The notes under the pieces: generated by a model
Database searches by the model: none
What the model was told of the DNA's origin: nothing
Seen by the model: the letters and a program-made list of their open reading frames with translations, nothing else
NCBI GenBank assembly: GCA_944350315.1
Contig: CALVON010000022.1
Location: 9,281 to 73,280, forward strand
DNA from: an uncultured Bacilli bacterium
GTDB lineage: Bacteria; Bacillota_I; Bacilli_A; RF39; UBA660
DNA length: 64,000 nucleotides
Direction: 5' to 3'
Shown here: in pieces, positions 1 through 9,496 of the stretch
How the letters are laid out: each line of letters starts with the position of its first letter
Position numbering within the stretch: position 1 is the first letter of the stretch
Translations under genes and position numbers: made by a program

Positions 1-22
1 AGATAATATTTACTTTGATTTT

Positions 23-64
23 AAGACCGTATTAAAATAATATTTATTTTAAGTGGTCTTTTTT
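23..64 (+). terminator. Rho-independent terminator of an off-window upstream gene
   Basis: Long hairpin AAGACC..TTAAAATAA-TAT-TTATTTTAA..GGTCTT followed by a TTTT run. Confidence 0.55.
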
Positions 65-177
65 GTGGGTTTTATTAATTTATTACTTATTGATTGACAT
101 TCTGTTTTTTTATTGTGTTAATAAATATATATTTTTTTGTTTATATGTGTTAAAATATTATTTGAATGGAGTAATTT

Positions 178-1098
178 ATGAAAAAATGTGTTATTATATA
201 CAATCCTATTAGTGGAAAAAAGGTTAAGTATAAATTTTTACCGCAATTTCAAGATATTCTCAATGATTATGGCTATGAGTCTAAAATTATTTATACAGAA
301 TATAGAGGACATGCTACAGAAATTGTAAAAAATCTTGAGCCTGTTGATTTAGTTTTATCAATTGGTGGTGATGGAACTTTTAATGAATCAATTACAGGTA
401 ATTGTATGAGAAAAGATAGGCTTGTTTGTGCCCATATTCCTTGTGGGACAACTAATGATATTGGAACTATGATGGGATATGGAAAAAATATGATTACTAA
501 CTTAAAGAAAACTTTGGATGGAGTAGTTAAAAATGTTGATATTTGTTTAATAAATAATAGGCCTTTTATTTATGTGGCGACAATTGGAAAATTTGCGGAA
601 ATTCCTTATGAAACTCCTCGTGAATTAAAAAAGAAGATTGGTTATTTGGCATATTTGACAGAAGGGGTGAAATCTTTTTTTAATAAAACTAATCTTAATG
701 AAATTGTTTATGAAATAGATGGTGTTGAGTATAGGGGACTTTTTTCTTTTATTATTATTTCTAGTGCTAATAGGATAGCGGGAATCAATAAATTTTATAA
801 AGATGTTAAATTGGATGATGATCGTTTTGAGGTGCTTTTATGTAATATTTCCAAGAAAAAAGATATTCTTAAAAGTTTGTATTTTTTGACTATGTACGAT
901 GTTCAAAAAGTTCCTGGAATTTATTTGTATAAAACAAATAATATTAAAATTAAATTTATTAATAAACCAAAAAAACCTTGGTGCATTGATGGAGAACGAC
1001 TTGAAAATTATGTTGATGATTATGAAATTACAATTGATAGGAATATTAAAATGATGATTCCACGCAAAAATATTGATAAGCTTTTTATAAATAAATAG
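178..1098 (+). CDS. dagK: Diacylglycerol/lipid kinase family protein (DagK/YegS-like)
   Basis: 306-aa ORF with the GGDGT motif (SIGGDGTFNE) typical of the DAGK catalytic domain. GGAG RBS upstream of the ATG. Confidence 0.8.
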   Translation: MKKCVIIYNPISGKKVKYKFLPQFQDILNDYGYESKIIYTEYRGHATEIVKNLEPVDLVLSIGGDGTFNESITGNCMRKDRLVCAHIPCGTTNDIGTMMGYGKNMITNLKKTLDGVVKNVDICLINNRPFIYVATIGKFAEIPYETPRELKKKIGYLAYLTEGVKSFFNKTNLNEIVYEIDGVEYRGLFSFIIISSANRIAGINKFYKDVKLDDDRFEVLLCNISKKKDILKSLYFLTMYDVQKVPGIYLYKTNNIKIKFINKPKKPWCIDGERLENYVDDYEITIDRNIKMMIPRKNIDKLFINK

Positions 1099-1100
1099 TT

Positions 1101-1325
1101 ATGAAATATATAGCAATATGTGTAATTAAATTGTATCAAAAAATTCCTGTGGATTGGCATAGTTATTGTAAATTTAAGCCAACTTGTTCAGAATATGCAA
1201 TTGGGGTATTTAAGGAATTCGGTTTTTTTAAAGGATTTCTATTAACTATAAAGAGAATTATTAAGTGTAATTATTTTAGTAAAGGGGGATATGACCCAAT
1301 ACCTATAAAGAAAAAAAATAAATAA
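1101..1325 (+). CDS. yidD: Membrane protein insertion efficiency factor YidD
   Basis: 74-aa ORF with the YidD signature CKFKPTCSEYA...G.DPIP. It is not next to rnpA/yidC here. Confidence 0.85.
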   Translation: MKYIAICVIKLYQKIPVDWHSYCKFKPTCSEYAIGVFKEFGFFKGFLLTIKRIIKCNYFSKGGYDPIPIKKKNK

Positions 1326-1397
1326 ATTAATTATTATAAATAATTGTAACTTATATCAAAATAGTATCTGATAAAAGGGAAGAAAGATGAGGTTTGT

Positions 1398-1901
1398 ATG
1401 GAAAAAATTAATAAACAAAGAAAAAATTATTTGAGTTGGGATGAGTATTTTATGGGAATTGCTAAATTATCATCTATGAGAAGTAAAGATCCTAATACTC
1501 AAGTTGGAGCATGTATTGTGGGAAATGATAATCGTATTTTATCTATTGGATATAATGGTACTCCAAACGGATTTGATGATAGTATGTTTCCATGGGATAG
1601 GGAAGGAACTGCACTTGAGACTAAATATTTATTTGTCTGTCATGCTGAGATGAATGCTATACTTAATTATCGTGGTAGCAGAAAAGAATTAGAAAATGCA
1701 AAAATATATGTCGATTTATTTCCTTGTAATGAATGTGCTAAGATAATTATTCAATCAGGTATTAAAGAAGTAGTATATTTATGTGATAAATATGCTAATA
1801 CTGATTCGGTTATTGCTTCTAAAAAATTATTTGATTCATGCGGTGTTAAGTATAGGCAAATTGAGTTAAGTAAAAAAAAGTCAATAGTGCTAGATTTATA
1901 A
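1398..1901 (+). CDS. comEB: dCMP deaminase (ComEB family cytidine/deoxycytidylate deaminase)
   Basis: 167-aa ORF with zinc-binding motifs HAEMNA and PCNECA spaced as in dCMP deaminases. Confidence 0.85.
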   Translation: MEKINKQRKNYLSWDEYFMGIAKLSSMRSKDPNTQVGACIVGNDNRILSIGYNGTPNGFDDSMFPWDREGTALETKYLFVCHAEMNAILNYRGSRKELENAKIYVDLFPCNECAKIIIQSGIKEVVYLCDKYANTDSVIASKKLFDSCGVKYRQIELSKKKSIVLDL

Positions 1902-1954
1902 AAAACTTTACTTTTTTTAAAAATGGATATATAATATATATACATTTTTGATTT

Positions 1955-2031
1955 GCGCCCATAGCTCAATTGGATAGAGCGTTTGGCTACGGACCAAAAG
2001 GTTTGGGGTTCGAATCCCTATGGGCGCGCCA
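1955..2031 (+). tRNA. tRNA-Arg (anticodon ACG)
   Basis: Manual cloverleaf fold. Acceptor stem GCGCCCA/TGGGCGC, D arm GCTC-AATTGGATA-GAGC, anticodon stem TTTGG/CCAAA with loop CTACGGA (ACG). T arm TGGGG-TTCGAAT-CCCTA, discriminator G, encoded CCA. A34 would be the substrate of the TadA encoded at 53163. Confidence 0.9.
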
Positions 2032-2044
2032 TTTGTTGATTTTT

Positions 2045-2066
2045 AACACAATATGTGTTTTTTTTA
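2045..2066 (+). terminator. Rho-independent terminator after tRNA-Arg
   Basis: AACAC-AATAT-GTGTT hairpin followed by a T7 run. Confidence 0.5.
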
Positions 2067-2079
2067 ATTAAAAAAGTAG

Positions 2080-2108
2080 TTGAATATCCTAAATTAATGT
2101 GTTATAAT
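2080..2108 (+). promoter_or_regulatory. Sigma-A-type promoter of the rimP-nusA-infB operon
   Basis: TTGAAT (-35), 17-nt spacer, extended -10 TGTTATAAT. Confidence 0.55.
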
Positions 2109-2124
2109 TTACTTGTATCTTGAC

Positions 2125-2150
2125 AAAGAGTGGCTTAATATCCACTCTTT
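2125..2150 (+). promoter_or_regulatory. Leader hairpin (possible NusA-dependent attenuator) upstream of rimP
   Basis: Perfect 9-bp stem AAAGAGTGG/CCACTCTTT with an 8-nt loop, followed by an interrupted U-tract (TTTATTGTT). It lies between the promoter and the rimP RBS. Confidence 0.4.
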
Positions 2151-2173
2151 ATTGTTGATCTAATGGAGGTATT

Positions 2174-2428
2174 ATGGAAGAAAAAGTTAGAAGTTTAATT
2201 GAAAAAGAAGTCAATAAATTGGGTGTTTCAATTGATAAGATTTCTTATGAAAAAGAAGGGGTTAACTATTTTTTAAGGATTGTAATAGATAGTGATGATA
2301 CAATAGATTTAGATAAGTGCGTAGAAGTTACTAATGTTATTAATCCACTACTTGATAACTGTGAAATATTTGATGATAGTTATATTTTAGACGTTTCAAC
2401 AAAGGAAAAAGGTGATAGTTGTGAATAG
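2174..2428 (+). CDS. rimP: Ribosome maturation factor RimP, N-terminal domain only (84 aa)
   Basis: Sits immediately upstream of nusA. N-terminal RimP-like sequence ends near the LDVS (LEVSSPG-like) motif, with no C-terminal domain. Confidence 0.6.
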   Translation: MEEKVRSLIEKEVNKLGVSIDKISYEKEGVNYFLRIVIDSDDTIDLDKCVEVTNVINPLLDNCEIFDDSYILDVSTKEKGDSCE

Positions 2429-3503
2429 TAAGCAAGCAAAAGAATTTATTAAAGCTGTAGATGCTTTAGTAGCTGAAAAAGGGATTGATAAGGCAATTGT
2501 TATTGAGGCAATGGAATCGGGAATGGCAAATGCTTATAAAAAAAATACAGGTTTATCAAATGTCAAAGCAAAGGTTAATGAGGAGACTGGACAAATAAGA
2601 TTATTTACTTATAAGACTGTTGTTGATACAGACAATTTAGAAAATGATAATTTAGAACTTGATGATAAAACGCAAATATCATTAGCAGATGCTAGAAAAA
2701 TTGTTGATGATATAAAAGAAGGAGAAACAATTGATACAGAGGTTAAAATAGTTCCTGAAGAATTTGGAAGAGTTGCTGTATTATCAGCCAAACAAATTAT
2801 TGTTCAAAAAGTAAAAGAAGCTGAAAAGAATCTTGTTAATGAGGAGTTTAAAGACAAACAAGATGAAATTTTAATTGGTACATTATCAAGAGAAGACTCT
2901 AAAAATTATTATGTTGATTTAGGTAGAGCTCATGGTGTGTTACCAAAGGATGAAATTATTCCAGGTGAAAAGCTTCAAATGGGTTCTAGTATTAAAGTTT
3001 ATGTTTCTAAAATTGAAATTGGCACTAAAGGAATTTTTATTCTACTATCAAGAAGTCATTATGGTTTTGTTAAAAGATTATTAGAAAGCGAAATTCCTGA
3101 ACTTAGTGATGGAACTGTAATGTTATATTCTGTTGCTAGAGATGCTGGAAATAGAAGTAAAATTGCCGTGTATACTGATTATGATAAGGTTGATCCTGTT
3201 GGAGCTATTATTGGCGAAAAAGGAACGCGAATTAATAGGGTTTTAAGTCAACTTAATGGAGAAAAAATTGATGTTATTTTATATGATAAGGACCCAGTTA
3301 AATTTATTCAAAATGCTTTAAGTCCAGCTAAGGATGTTGAAGTTAAAATAATTGATGAAAAAAACAAGGAAGCTCTTGCTATCGTCAATGATGAAAATTC
3401 TTCTTTGGCAATTGGTAAAAAAGGACAAAATGTTAAATTAGCTTCTAGACTTACAAAATATAAAATATCAATTAAAAAACTAGGAGAATTAAATGAAGAA
3501 TAG
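2412..3503 (+). CDS. nusA: Transcription termination/antitermination factor NusA
   Basis: 363-aa ORF with NusA N-terminal, S1 and tandem KH regions (e.g. GAIIGEKGTRINRV, LAIGKKGQNVKLASRLT). Start is GTG at 2412 or GTG at 2421, overlapping the rimP stop. Confidence 0.9.
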   Translation: MIVVNSKQAKEFIKAVDALVAEKGIDKAIVIEAMESGMANAYKKNTGLSNVKAKVNEETGQIRLFTYKTVVDTDNLENDNLELDDKTQISLADARKIVDDIKEGETIDTEVKIVPEEFGRVAVLSAKQIIVQKVKEAEKNLVNEEFKDKQDEILIGTLSREDSKNYYVDLGRAHGVLPKDEIIPGEKLQMGSSIKVYVSKIEIGTKGIFILLSRSHYGFVKRLLESEIPELSDGTVMLYSVARDAGNRSKIAVYTDYDKVDPVGAIIGEKGTRINRVLSQLNGEKIDVILYDKDPVKFIQNALSPAKDVEVKIIDEKNKEALAIVNDENSSLAIGKKGQNVKLASRLTKYKISIKKLGELNEE

Positions 3504-3756
3504 AAAAATTCCTATGAGGAGTTGCGTTGTAACAAAAGAAAAATTACCAAAGAAAGATTTACTAAGAATTGTTAGAGGAGTAGACGGACATGTGTTAGTT
3601 GATACAACAGGAAAACTTAATGGAAGAGGTGCATATATTAAAAAAGATATTGATGTTTTAGAAAAAGCTCAAAAAACAAAGATTTTAGATAAAGTTTTAG
3701 AAACAGAGATATCTTGTGATATATATGATGAAATTAGAGAAAAAATAAATAACTAG
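3493..3756 (+). CDS. ylxR: YlxR/RnpM family RNA-binding protein (DUF448)
   Basis: 87-aa ORF with MRSCVVTKEK...GRGAYI motifs in the conserved slot between nusA and infB. Confidence 0.85.
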   Translation: MKNRKIPMRSCVVTKEKLPKKDLLRIVRGVDGHVLVDTTGKLNGRGAYIKKDIDVLEKAQKTKILDKVLETEISCDIYDEIREKINN

Positions 3757-3768
3757 GAGGTGTTTTTT

Positions 3769-5895
3769 ATGATGAGTGTTTTGGAGTATGCAAATGATGT
3801 TGACAGAAGCATAGAAACTATTTTTAGTTTATGTAAAAAATTAAATATTGATGTTAAAGATGAAAATGATCTGCTTAGTGACGATGATATTATATTGCTT
3901 GACAATGAAATTGAAAATACTGAACAAGAAGATAGTGATGATATTATTTCAGAAGATAATAATCAACTTGAAGATTTTGAAGATTCATATGAAGATGAAT
4001 TAGATGAAGTAAAAATTGTGGCAACTATTAAAAAGAAGAAAAAGAAAAATCCTAAAAAAGAAAAAAATCCGAATGATGATTTTGCAATGCAAAAGAAGGA
4101 AATGTACAAACATAAAGAAAAGTTACAATCAAATGTTAATACGGATGATGAGACAATTGTTTTGTATACTGAAGGAATGAGTGTAGCAGATTTTGCAAAT
4201 GTTTTAAATAAAAATGTTGCAGAAATTATTAAGAAACTAATGAGTTTAGGAAAAATAATGAATCTAAATGCAGTAATTGATTTTGAAACGGCAGAAATAT
4301 TGGCTCTTGAATTTGGAAAAACTTTAAAGCGTGACACTACAAGAGATGAATCTAATTTTGAGGAATTAGAAATTGTTGATGATATAAAAGATTTAGTTGA
4401 GAGACCACCTGTTATTACTATTATGGGACATGTTGATCACGGAAAAACAACTTTACTTGATACTATTAGAAAAACAAATGTTGTTTCTGGTGAAGCTGGT
4501 GGTATTACTCAACATATTGGAGCTTATCAAATTGTATATAAAGGAAAGCCAATTACTTTTATTGATACTCCCGGTCATGCTGCTTTTACTGAAATGCGTG
4601 CGCGAGGCGCAAGTATTACTGATATTGTTATTATTATTGTTGCTGCTGACGATGGCGTTATGCCTCAAACTAAAGAGGCTATTGATCACGCGAAAGCGGC
4701 ACATGTACCAATTGTCGTTGCTGTAAATAAAATTGACAAGCCTGAAGCTAATCCTGAAAGAGTTCTTACAGAAATGAGTCAAAATGGGATTACTCCTGAT
4801 ATATGGGGAGGAGATAATTTGTTTGTAAATATTTCTGCTAAAACTGGCGAAGGGATTGATGAATTATTAGATAATTTGTTATTAATTGCTGAAATGCAAG
4901 AATTAAAAGCAAATCCAAATAGATATGCATCAGGTACTGTTATTGAATCTAAACTTGACAAGGCTTTAGGAGTTGTCAGCACAGTACTTATTCAAAATGG
5001 TACATTGAGACTTGGTGATGCTATTGTTGTAGGAAATTTTGCAGGAAAAATTAGAACTTTAAAAAATGACAAAGGAGAAAATTTGGTCGAAGCCGGACCT
5101 TCAATGCCTGTTTCTATTACTGGTATTAGTGAGTCGCCAGATGCTGGCGATAAGTTTATGGCTTTTGAAAACGAAAAAAAAGCTAGAACTATTGCCGAAG
5201 AAAGAAAATTAGCGGCTAAGAAAAAAAGCAGTCAAACAACTACTTCGGTTACTCTAGATGATCTTTTTAATAGAATTGAAGCTGGCGAAAAAGAAATAAA
5301 TGTTGTTCTTAAAGCAGATGTTAAAGGAAGCGAAGAGGCTGTTAAAAATTCTTTATTAAAATTAGATGTTGAAGGAATAAAAATAAATGTTATACGTAGT
5401 GGAATTGGAGCAATTAGTGAAAGTGATATTGTTCTTGCTGCGGCTTCTAATGCTTTTATTATTGGTTTTAATATTCGTCCAAATAATAAAATTATTGAAT
5501 ACGCAAAAGATAAAAATGTAGAAATTAGACTGTATAATATAATATATAAAGTTGTTGAAGAGATGGAAGCTGCATTAAAGGGAAAATTAGAGCCAATATA
5601 TGAAGAAAAAGTTTTAGGCCAAGCTGACGTAAGAAAATTATTTAAGTTTTCTAAAGTTGGTACAATTGCTGGGTGTTATGTAACTTCTGGAATAATTAAA
5701 AGAGATGCAAAAGCAAGAATAATTCGTGATAGTGTTGTTATTTATGATGGTAATATTAACTCTATTGCTAGAGAAAAAGATCAGGTAAAGGAAGTAAAAC
5801 AAGGACTTGAATGTGGTATTACTATTGAAAATTTTAATGATATTAAAGAAAATGATATAATTGAAGCATATGAGATAGTAGAAGTTAACAGATAG
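3769..5895 (+). CDS. infB: Translation initiation factor IF-2
   Basis: GTPase motifs GHVDHGKT, DTPGH, NKID. Start set at the ATG 8 nt after AGGAGG (3755-3760) rather than the track's GTG at 3760. No ylxQ (L7Ae-like) gene lies between ylxR and infB. Confidence 0.95.
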   Translation: MMSVLEYANDVDRSIETIFSLCKKLNIDVKDENDLLSDDDIILLDNEIENTEQEDSDDIISEDNNQLEDFEDSYEDELDEVKIVATIKKKKKKNPKKEKNPNDDFAMQKKEMYKHKEKLQSNVNTDDETIVLYTEGMSVADFANVLNKNVAEIIKKLMSLGKIMNLNAVIDFETAEILALEFGKTLKRDTTRDESNFEELEIVDDIKDLVERPPVITIMGHVDHGKTTLLDTIRKTNVVSGEAGGITQHIGAYQIVYKGKPITFIDTPGHAAFTEMRARGASITDIVIIIVAADDGVMPQTKEAIDHAKAAHVPIVVAVNKIDKPEANPERVLTEMSQNGITPDIWGGDNLFVNISAKTGEGIDELLDNLLLIAEMQELKANPNRYASGTVIESKLDKALGVVSTVLIQNGTLRLGDAIVVGNFAGKIRTLKNDKGENLVEAGPSMPVSITGISESPDAGDKFMAFENEKKARTIAEERKLAAKKKSSQTTTSVTLDDLFNRIEAGEKEINVVLKADVKGSEEAVKNSLLKLDVEGIKINVIRSGIGAISESDIVLAAASNAFIIGFNIRPNNKIIEYAKDKNVEIRLYNIIYKVVEEMEAALKGKLEPIYEEKVLGQADVRKLFKFSKVGTIAGCYVTSGIIKRDAKARIIRDSVVIYDGNINSIAREKDQVKEVKQGLECGITIENFNDIKENDIIEAYEIVEVNR

Positions 5896-5938
5896 GATAA
5901 AAAAATTAATATCTTAAAGAAGGATTGGAGGTAACTTT

Positions 5939-6283
5939 ATGAGTATAAAAATGGATAGGCTCAATACGTTATTTGTTGAAAAAATTAGTGAAATATTACA
6001 TAATGATGTTAAAGATAAAAATGTAAAATTTGTGACTATTACAGATGCAAAAATTACAAATGACTTATCATATGCAAAGATATATTTTACATCTTTAGAT
6101 GATGATAAAAGAAAAATTGAAGATACTTTAAATAATGCTAGTTCTTTTATTAGAAGTACTCTATGTCAAAAAGTGCAAATTAGAAAAATGCCAGAAATTC
6201 ATTTTGTGTATGATGAGTCTTTAGAATATGGGAAAAAAATTGAAGGTATAATTGAAAGGATCAATAATGAAAAACAAAATTAA
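5939..6283 (+). CDS. rbfA: Ribosome-binding factor A
   Basis: 114-aa ORF directly after infB with an RbfA-like sequence (VTITDAKITNDLSYAKIYF). Confidence 0.85.
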   Translation: MSIKMDRLNTLFVEKISEILHNDVKDKNVKFVTITDAKITNDLSYAKIYFTSLDDDKRKIEDTLNNASSFIRSTLCQKVQIRKMPEIHFVYDESLEYGKKIEGIIERINNEKQN

Positions 6284-7211
6284 AGAAATGATTGATAAGA
6301 GTTCTTCAATTGTCCTTCTTTCTCATGAAAATCCTGATGGAGATGCAATTGGTTCACTTATTGCCTTTTATCAATTTTTAGTATCGATAAATAAATCTGT
6401 TGATATGATTTCTTCTAAAGTTCCTACTAAATTTAATTTTTTAAATGGTTACGATAAAATTTTAATAGGTAGTAAAAAAAAATATGATTTAGCAATTATA
6501 CTTGATTGTGCAACAAAAGAGCGCATTGAGTTTGGTAATAATAATATAGAATTTAATAACTCTATTGTTATTGATCATCATGAAGGTAATACTAAATATG
6601 GTAATATTAATTACATAGAAGGAAAAGTATCTTCCTGTTGCCAAATTTTATATTATTTGTTTAAGTCTTGGAATATATTATTAAATAAAAATATTGGTGA
6701 GTCTTTAATGGTTGGTGTTTTAACAGATACAAATGGTTTTAAAAATGATAATGTCGATAAAAACACATTTGTTATGGTATCGGAAATGATGGATATTGGT
6801 GTTAACATCTATAATCTAAGAAAAAAATCTTTAACAGAAATGACAATTCCCCAATATGAACTTATGAAATTAGCTCTTAATAGATTAGAATTTTTTTATA
6901 ATGGGATGATTGCTTTTTCTTTTATCACAAAAGACGATATGGAACGACTAAATGCTCAAGTGGGCGATCACGAGGGTTTAGTTGAGATTGGAAGGGATAT
7001 TGTAGGTGTCGAAGTATCAATTTTTATGAGAGAAGATGAGGGATATCGTGTTTCATTTAGATCTAATGAAACCGTCGATGTATGTAAAATTGCTAAAATT
7101 TTTGGGGGGAATGGCCACAGTAGAGCATCTGGTGCCAAATTAGAAAAGACGTTTAATGAAGCAAAAAATCTAGTAATTGAAGAAACAATAAGGGCACTAA
7201 AAAAACAATGA
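6267..7211 (+). CDS. nrnA: DHH/DHHA1 phosphoesterase (NrnA-like oligoribonuclease/pAp phosphatase)
   Basis: DHH-family motifs (HENPDGDAIGS, DHH at IDHHEGN, GGNGHSRASG). Start is probably the ATG at 6267, after AAAGGA. Confidence 0.8.
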   Translation: MKNKIKEMIDKSSSIVLLSHENPDGDAIGSLIAFYQFLVSINKSVDMISSKVPTKFNFLNGYDKILIGSKKKYDLAIILDCATKERIEFGNNNIEFNNSIVIDHHEGNTKYGNINYIEGKVSSCCQILYYLFKSWNILLNKNIGESLMVGVLTDTNGFKNDNVDKNTFVMVSEMMDIGVNIYNLRKKSLTEMTIPQYELMKLALNRLEFFYNGMIAFSFITKDDMERLNAQVGDHEGLVEIGRDIVGVEVSIFMREDEGYRVSFRSNETVDVCKIAKIFGGNGHSRASGAKLEKTFNEAKNLVIEETIRALKKQ

Positions 7212-8068
7212 ACGGTATTATAATTGTAAATAAGGAACCAGGATATACTAGTAGAGATGTCGTCAATATTATTTCTAAATTACTTAATACCAAAAAAGTT
7301 GGGCATACTGGTACATTAGATCCCAGTGCTAGTGGTGTTTTAGTTGTTTGTGTTGGCAAGGCACTAAAAATTTGTGATATGTTAATAAATCATGATAAAG
7401 AGTATATAGCAGATATAATTCTGGGAATTGAAACTGATACGTTAGATATGGATGGAAAGGTGTTATCAACAGAAAATGTTGATATTGAGCAAAAAGAAAT
7501 TATTGATTCAGTAAATTCGTTTAAAGGATATTATTTACAAGAAGTTCCTAAGTATTCAGCTGTTAGAGTTAATGGAAAAAAATTATATGAATATGCTAGA
7601 AAAAATATGGATGTTGTACTACCTAAAAAAATGGTATTAATTAAAGAAATTACTATTATGGGAAAAGTAAAAAAAAGTGACGGAAAAATTAATTTTAAAA
7701 TTAAATGTTGTGTTAGCAAAGGTACATACATTAGAAGTTTAGTTCGTGATATTGGTAGTAAATTGGGAGTTAGTGCTGTAATGAATAATTTAATTAGAAC
7801 AAAATTAGGTAATTTTTCATTAAATGAAGCATATACGATTGACGAAATTAGACAAAATAAATTTAAATTTATAAAGATTGAAGATGCTCTTTCTGATTTA
7901 AAAAGAGTAATTGTTGATGATAATTTAGCCTTTAAAATTAAAAATGGTTGTCATATTAAAAAATTTGATGATGCTGATATGAAATTAATTTTTGACAAGG
8001 ATAATAAGTTGCTTGCAATATATAAAAATGAAGGTGATTATGCTAAAGTTTACAAAATGTTTGTGTAA
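7208..8068 (+). CDS. truB: tRNA pseudouridine(55) synthase TruB
   Basis: GHTGTLDP catalytic motif. ATGA overlap with the nrnA stop. Confidence 0.9.
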   Translation: MNGIIIVNKEPGYTSRDVVNIISKLLNTKKVGHTGTLDPSASGVLVVCVGKALKICDMLINHDKEYIADIILGIETDTLDMDGKVLSTENVDIEQKEIIDSVNSFKGYYLQEVPKYSAVRVNGKKLYEYARKNMDVVLPKKMVLIKEITIMGKVKKSDGKINFKIKCCVSKGTYIRSLVRDIGSKLGVSAVMNNLIRTKLGNFSLNEAYTIDEIRQNKFKFIKIEDALSDLKRVIVDDNLAFKIKNGCHIKKFDDADMKLIFDKDNKLLAIYKNEGDYAKVYKMFV

Positions 8069-8173
8069 ACTTTTTTTTGTAAACTTTTGGAAAAATTTGT
8101 TTTTTTGATGGAAATATATACTTATTTTTATAAATTTGCTATAATTATTATGTAATTTACTTGAGGTGAACCT

Positions 8174-9478
8174 ATGAAACTAACGAAAAATATAGTCTGT
8201 GAAATATCAAAAATAAAAAATGAACCTGAATGGATGAAAAAGTTTAGATTAAATTCTTTGGATTTTTTTAATAAATCAAAAATGCCAGGCTGGGGACCAA
8301 ATATTGATATTGATTTTGATTCAATCACATATTATAAAAAAAGAGTGAATGAACTTACGAATGATTGGGATAAAATTAATTGTTCAATAAGAAATGAGTT
8401 TAGAGACTTGGGATTAATTGATGCTGAAAATAAATATTTAGATGGTATTGGTGCACAATATGATAGTGAAGTCATTTATCATAACATGATTAAAGAGTTA
8501 GAAAAAAAGAATATTATTTTTATGGATACAGACAGTGCTTTAAAAAAGTATCCGTATATTTTTAAAAAATACTTTAATATCTTGGTCAAATATGATGAAA
8601 ACAAATTTACTGCATTAAATGGAGCGGTTTGGAGTGGTGGAACTTTTATATATGTTCCAAAAAACACTAAAATTGATAGACCACTACAAAGCTATTTTAG
8701 AATCAATAGTAAAAATATGGGGCAATTTGAAAGAACTTTAATTATTGTTGACGATAATAGTGAGTTAAATTATATTGAAGGTTGTACTGCTCCCACATAT
8801 ACAGAAGATGCTCTACATGCTGCTGTCGTAGAAATTTTTGTAGGAAAGAATGCAAAGTGTAGATATACTACCATTCAAAATTGGTCAAATGATGTTTATA
8901 ATTTAGTTACTAAAAGGGCAATTGTTATGGATAATGGCCTTATGGAGTGGGTAGATGGGAATATTGGAGCAAAAACTAATATGAAATATCCGTGTTGTAT
9001 TTTAAATGGTCCTTATGCAAAGGGCAGTTGTATTACGATATCGGTTGCTAGTAAGTCACAAATTCAAGACACTGGTGCTAAAATGATACATTTAGCTCCT
9101 CATACAAGAAGTAATATTATTTCTAAATCTATATCTTCGAGTGGAGGAAACGCAACTTATCGTGGGACAGTTAATATTGCCAAAAATGCAACTTTTTCAA
9201 TTAGTAATGTTAAATGTGATACAATTATTTTAGATGACATTTCTAAAAGTGATACAATTCCTACAAATATTGTTAGCAATAATTCTTCATATTTAGAACA
9301 TGAGGCAACAGTTTCAAAAATTGAAGAAGATAAATTATTTTATTTGATGAGTAGAGGTATCAGTGAAGATAAGGCTAAAGAGTTAATTATTTTAGGTTTT
9401 ATTAATGCTTTTAGGGAAGAGTTACCAATGGAATATGCTGTTGAATTAAATAGATTACTTGCTGATAATATATATTAA
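8174..9478 (+). CDS. sufB: Fe-S cluster assembly protein SufB
   Basis: 434-aa ORF with SufB-typical stretches ([44 protein letters not shown]). No sufC/D/S/U adjacent. Confidence 0.85.
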   Translation: MKLTKNIVCEISKIKNEPEWMKKFRLNSLDFFNKSKMPGWGPNIDIDFDSITYYKKRVNELTNDWDKINCSIRNEFRDLGLIDAENKYLDGIGAQYDSEVIYHNMIKELEKKNIIFMDTDSALKKYPYIFKKYFNILVKYDENKFTALNGAVWSGGTFIYVPKNTKIDRPLQSYFRINSKNMGQFERTLIIVDDNSELNYIEGCTAPTYTEDALHAAVVEIFVGKNAKCRYTTIQNWSNDVYNLVTKRAIVMDNGLMEWVDGNIGAKTNMKYPCCILNGPYAKGSCITISVASKSQIQDTGAKMIHLAPHTRSNIISKSISSSGGNATYRGTVNIAKNATFSISNVKCDTIILDDISKSDTIPTNIVSNNSSYLEHEATVSKIEEDKLFYLMSRGISEDKAKELIILGFINAFREELPMEYAVELNRLLADNIY

Positions 9479-9496
9479 ATATATTTGGAGGTTTAT

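Noticed and set aside
3963-4982. Track ORFs 3963-4337(-), 4397-4726(+), 4453-4782(-) and 4779-4982(-), which overlap infB
   Set aside because: They lie wholly inside the strongly supported infB frame. Their products are low-complexity and hydrophobic, typical of off-frame translation of AT-rich DNA. The same reasoning applies to the other short antisense or off-frame ORFs in the track (for example 1751, 2609, 7153, 7531, 8128, 8479, 12319, 12398, 12699, 13340, 21246, 21634, 24115, 26081, 28357, 32364, 37402, 47735, 48089, 49788, 50731, 54339, 55507, 55649, 60129, 61338 and 62397).
7205-7215. Possibility of a Mollicutes-type genetic code (UGA = Trp), given the extreme AT content
   Set aside because: TGA terminates nrnA at the ATGA overlap with truB. 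Conserved proteins read through full length with TGG Trp codons and no in-frame TGA.
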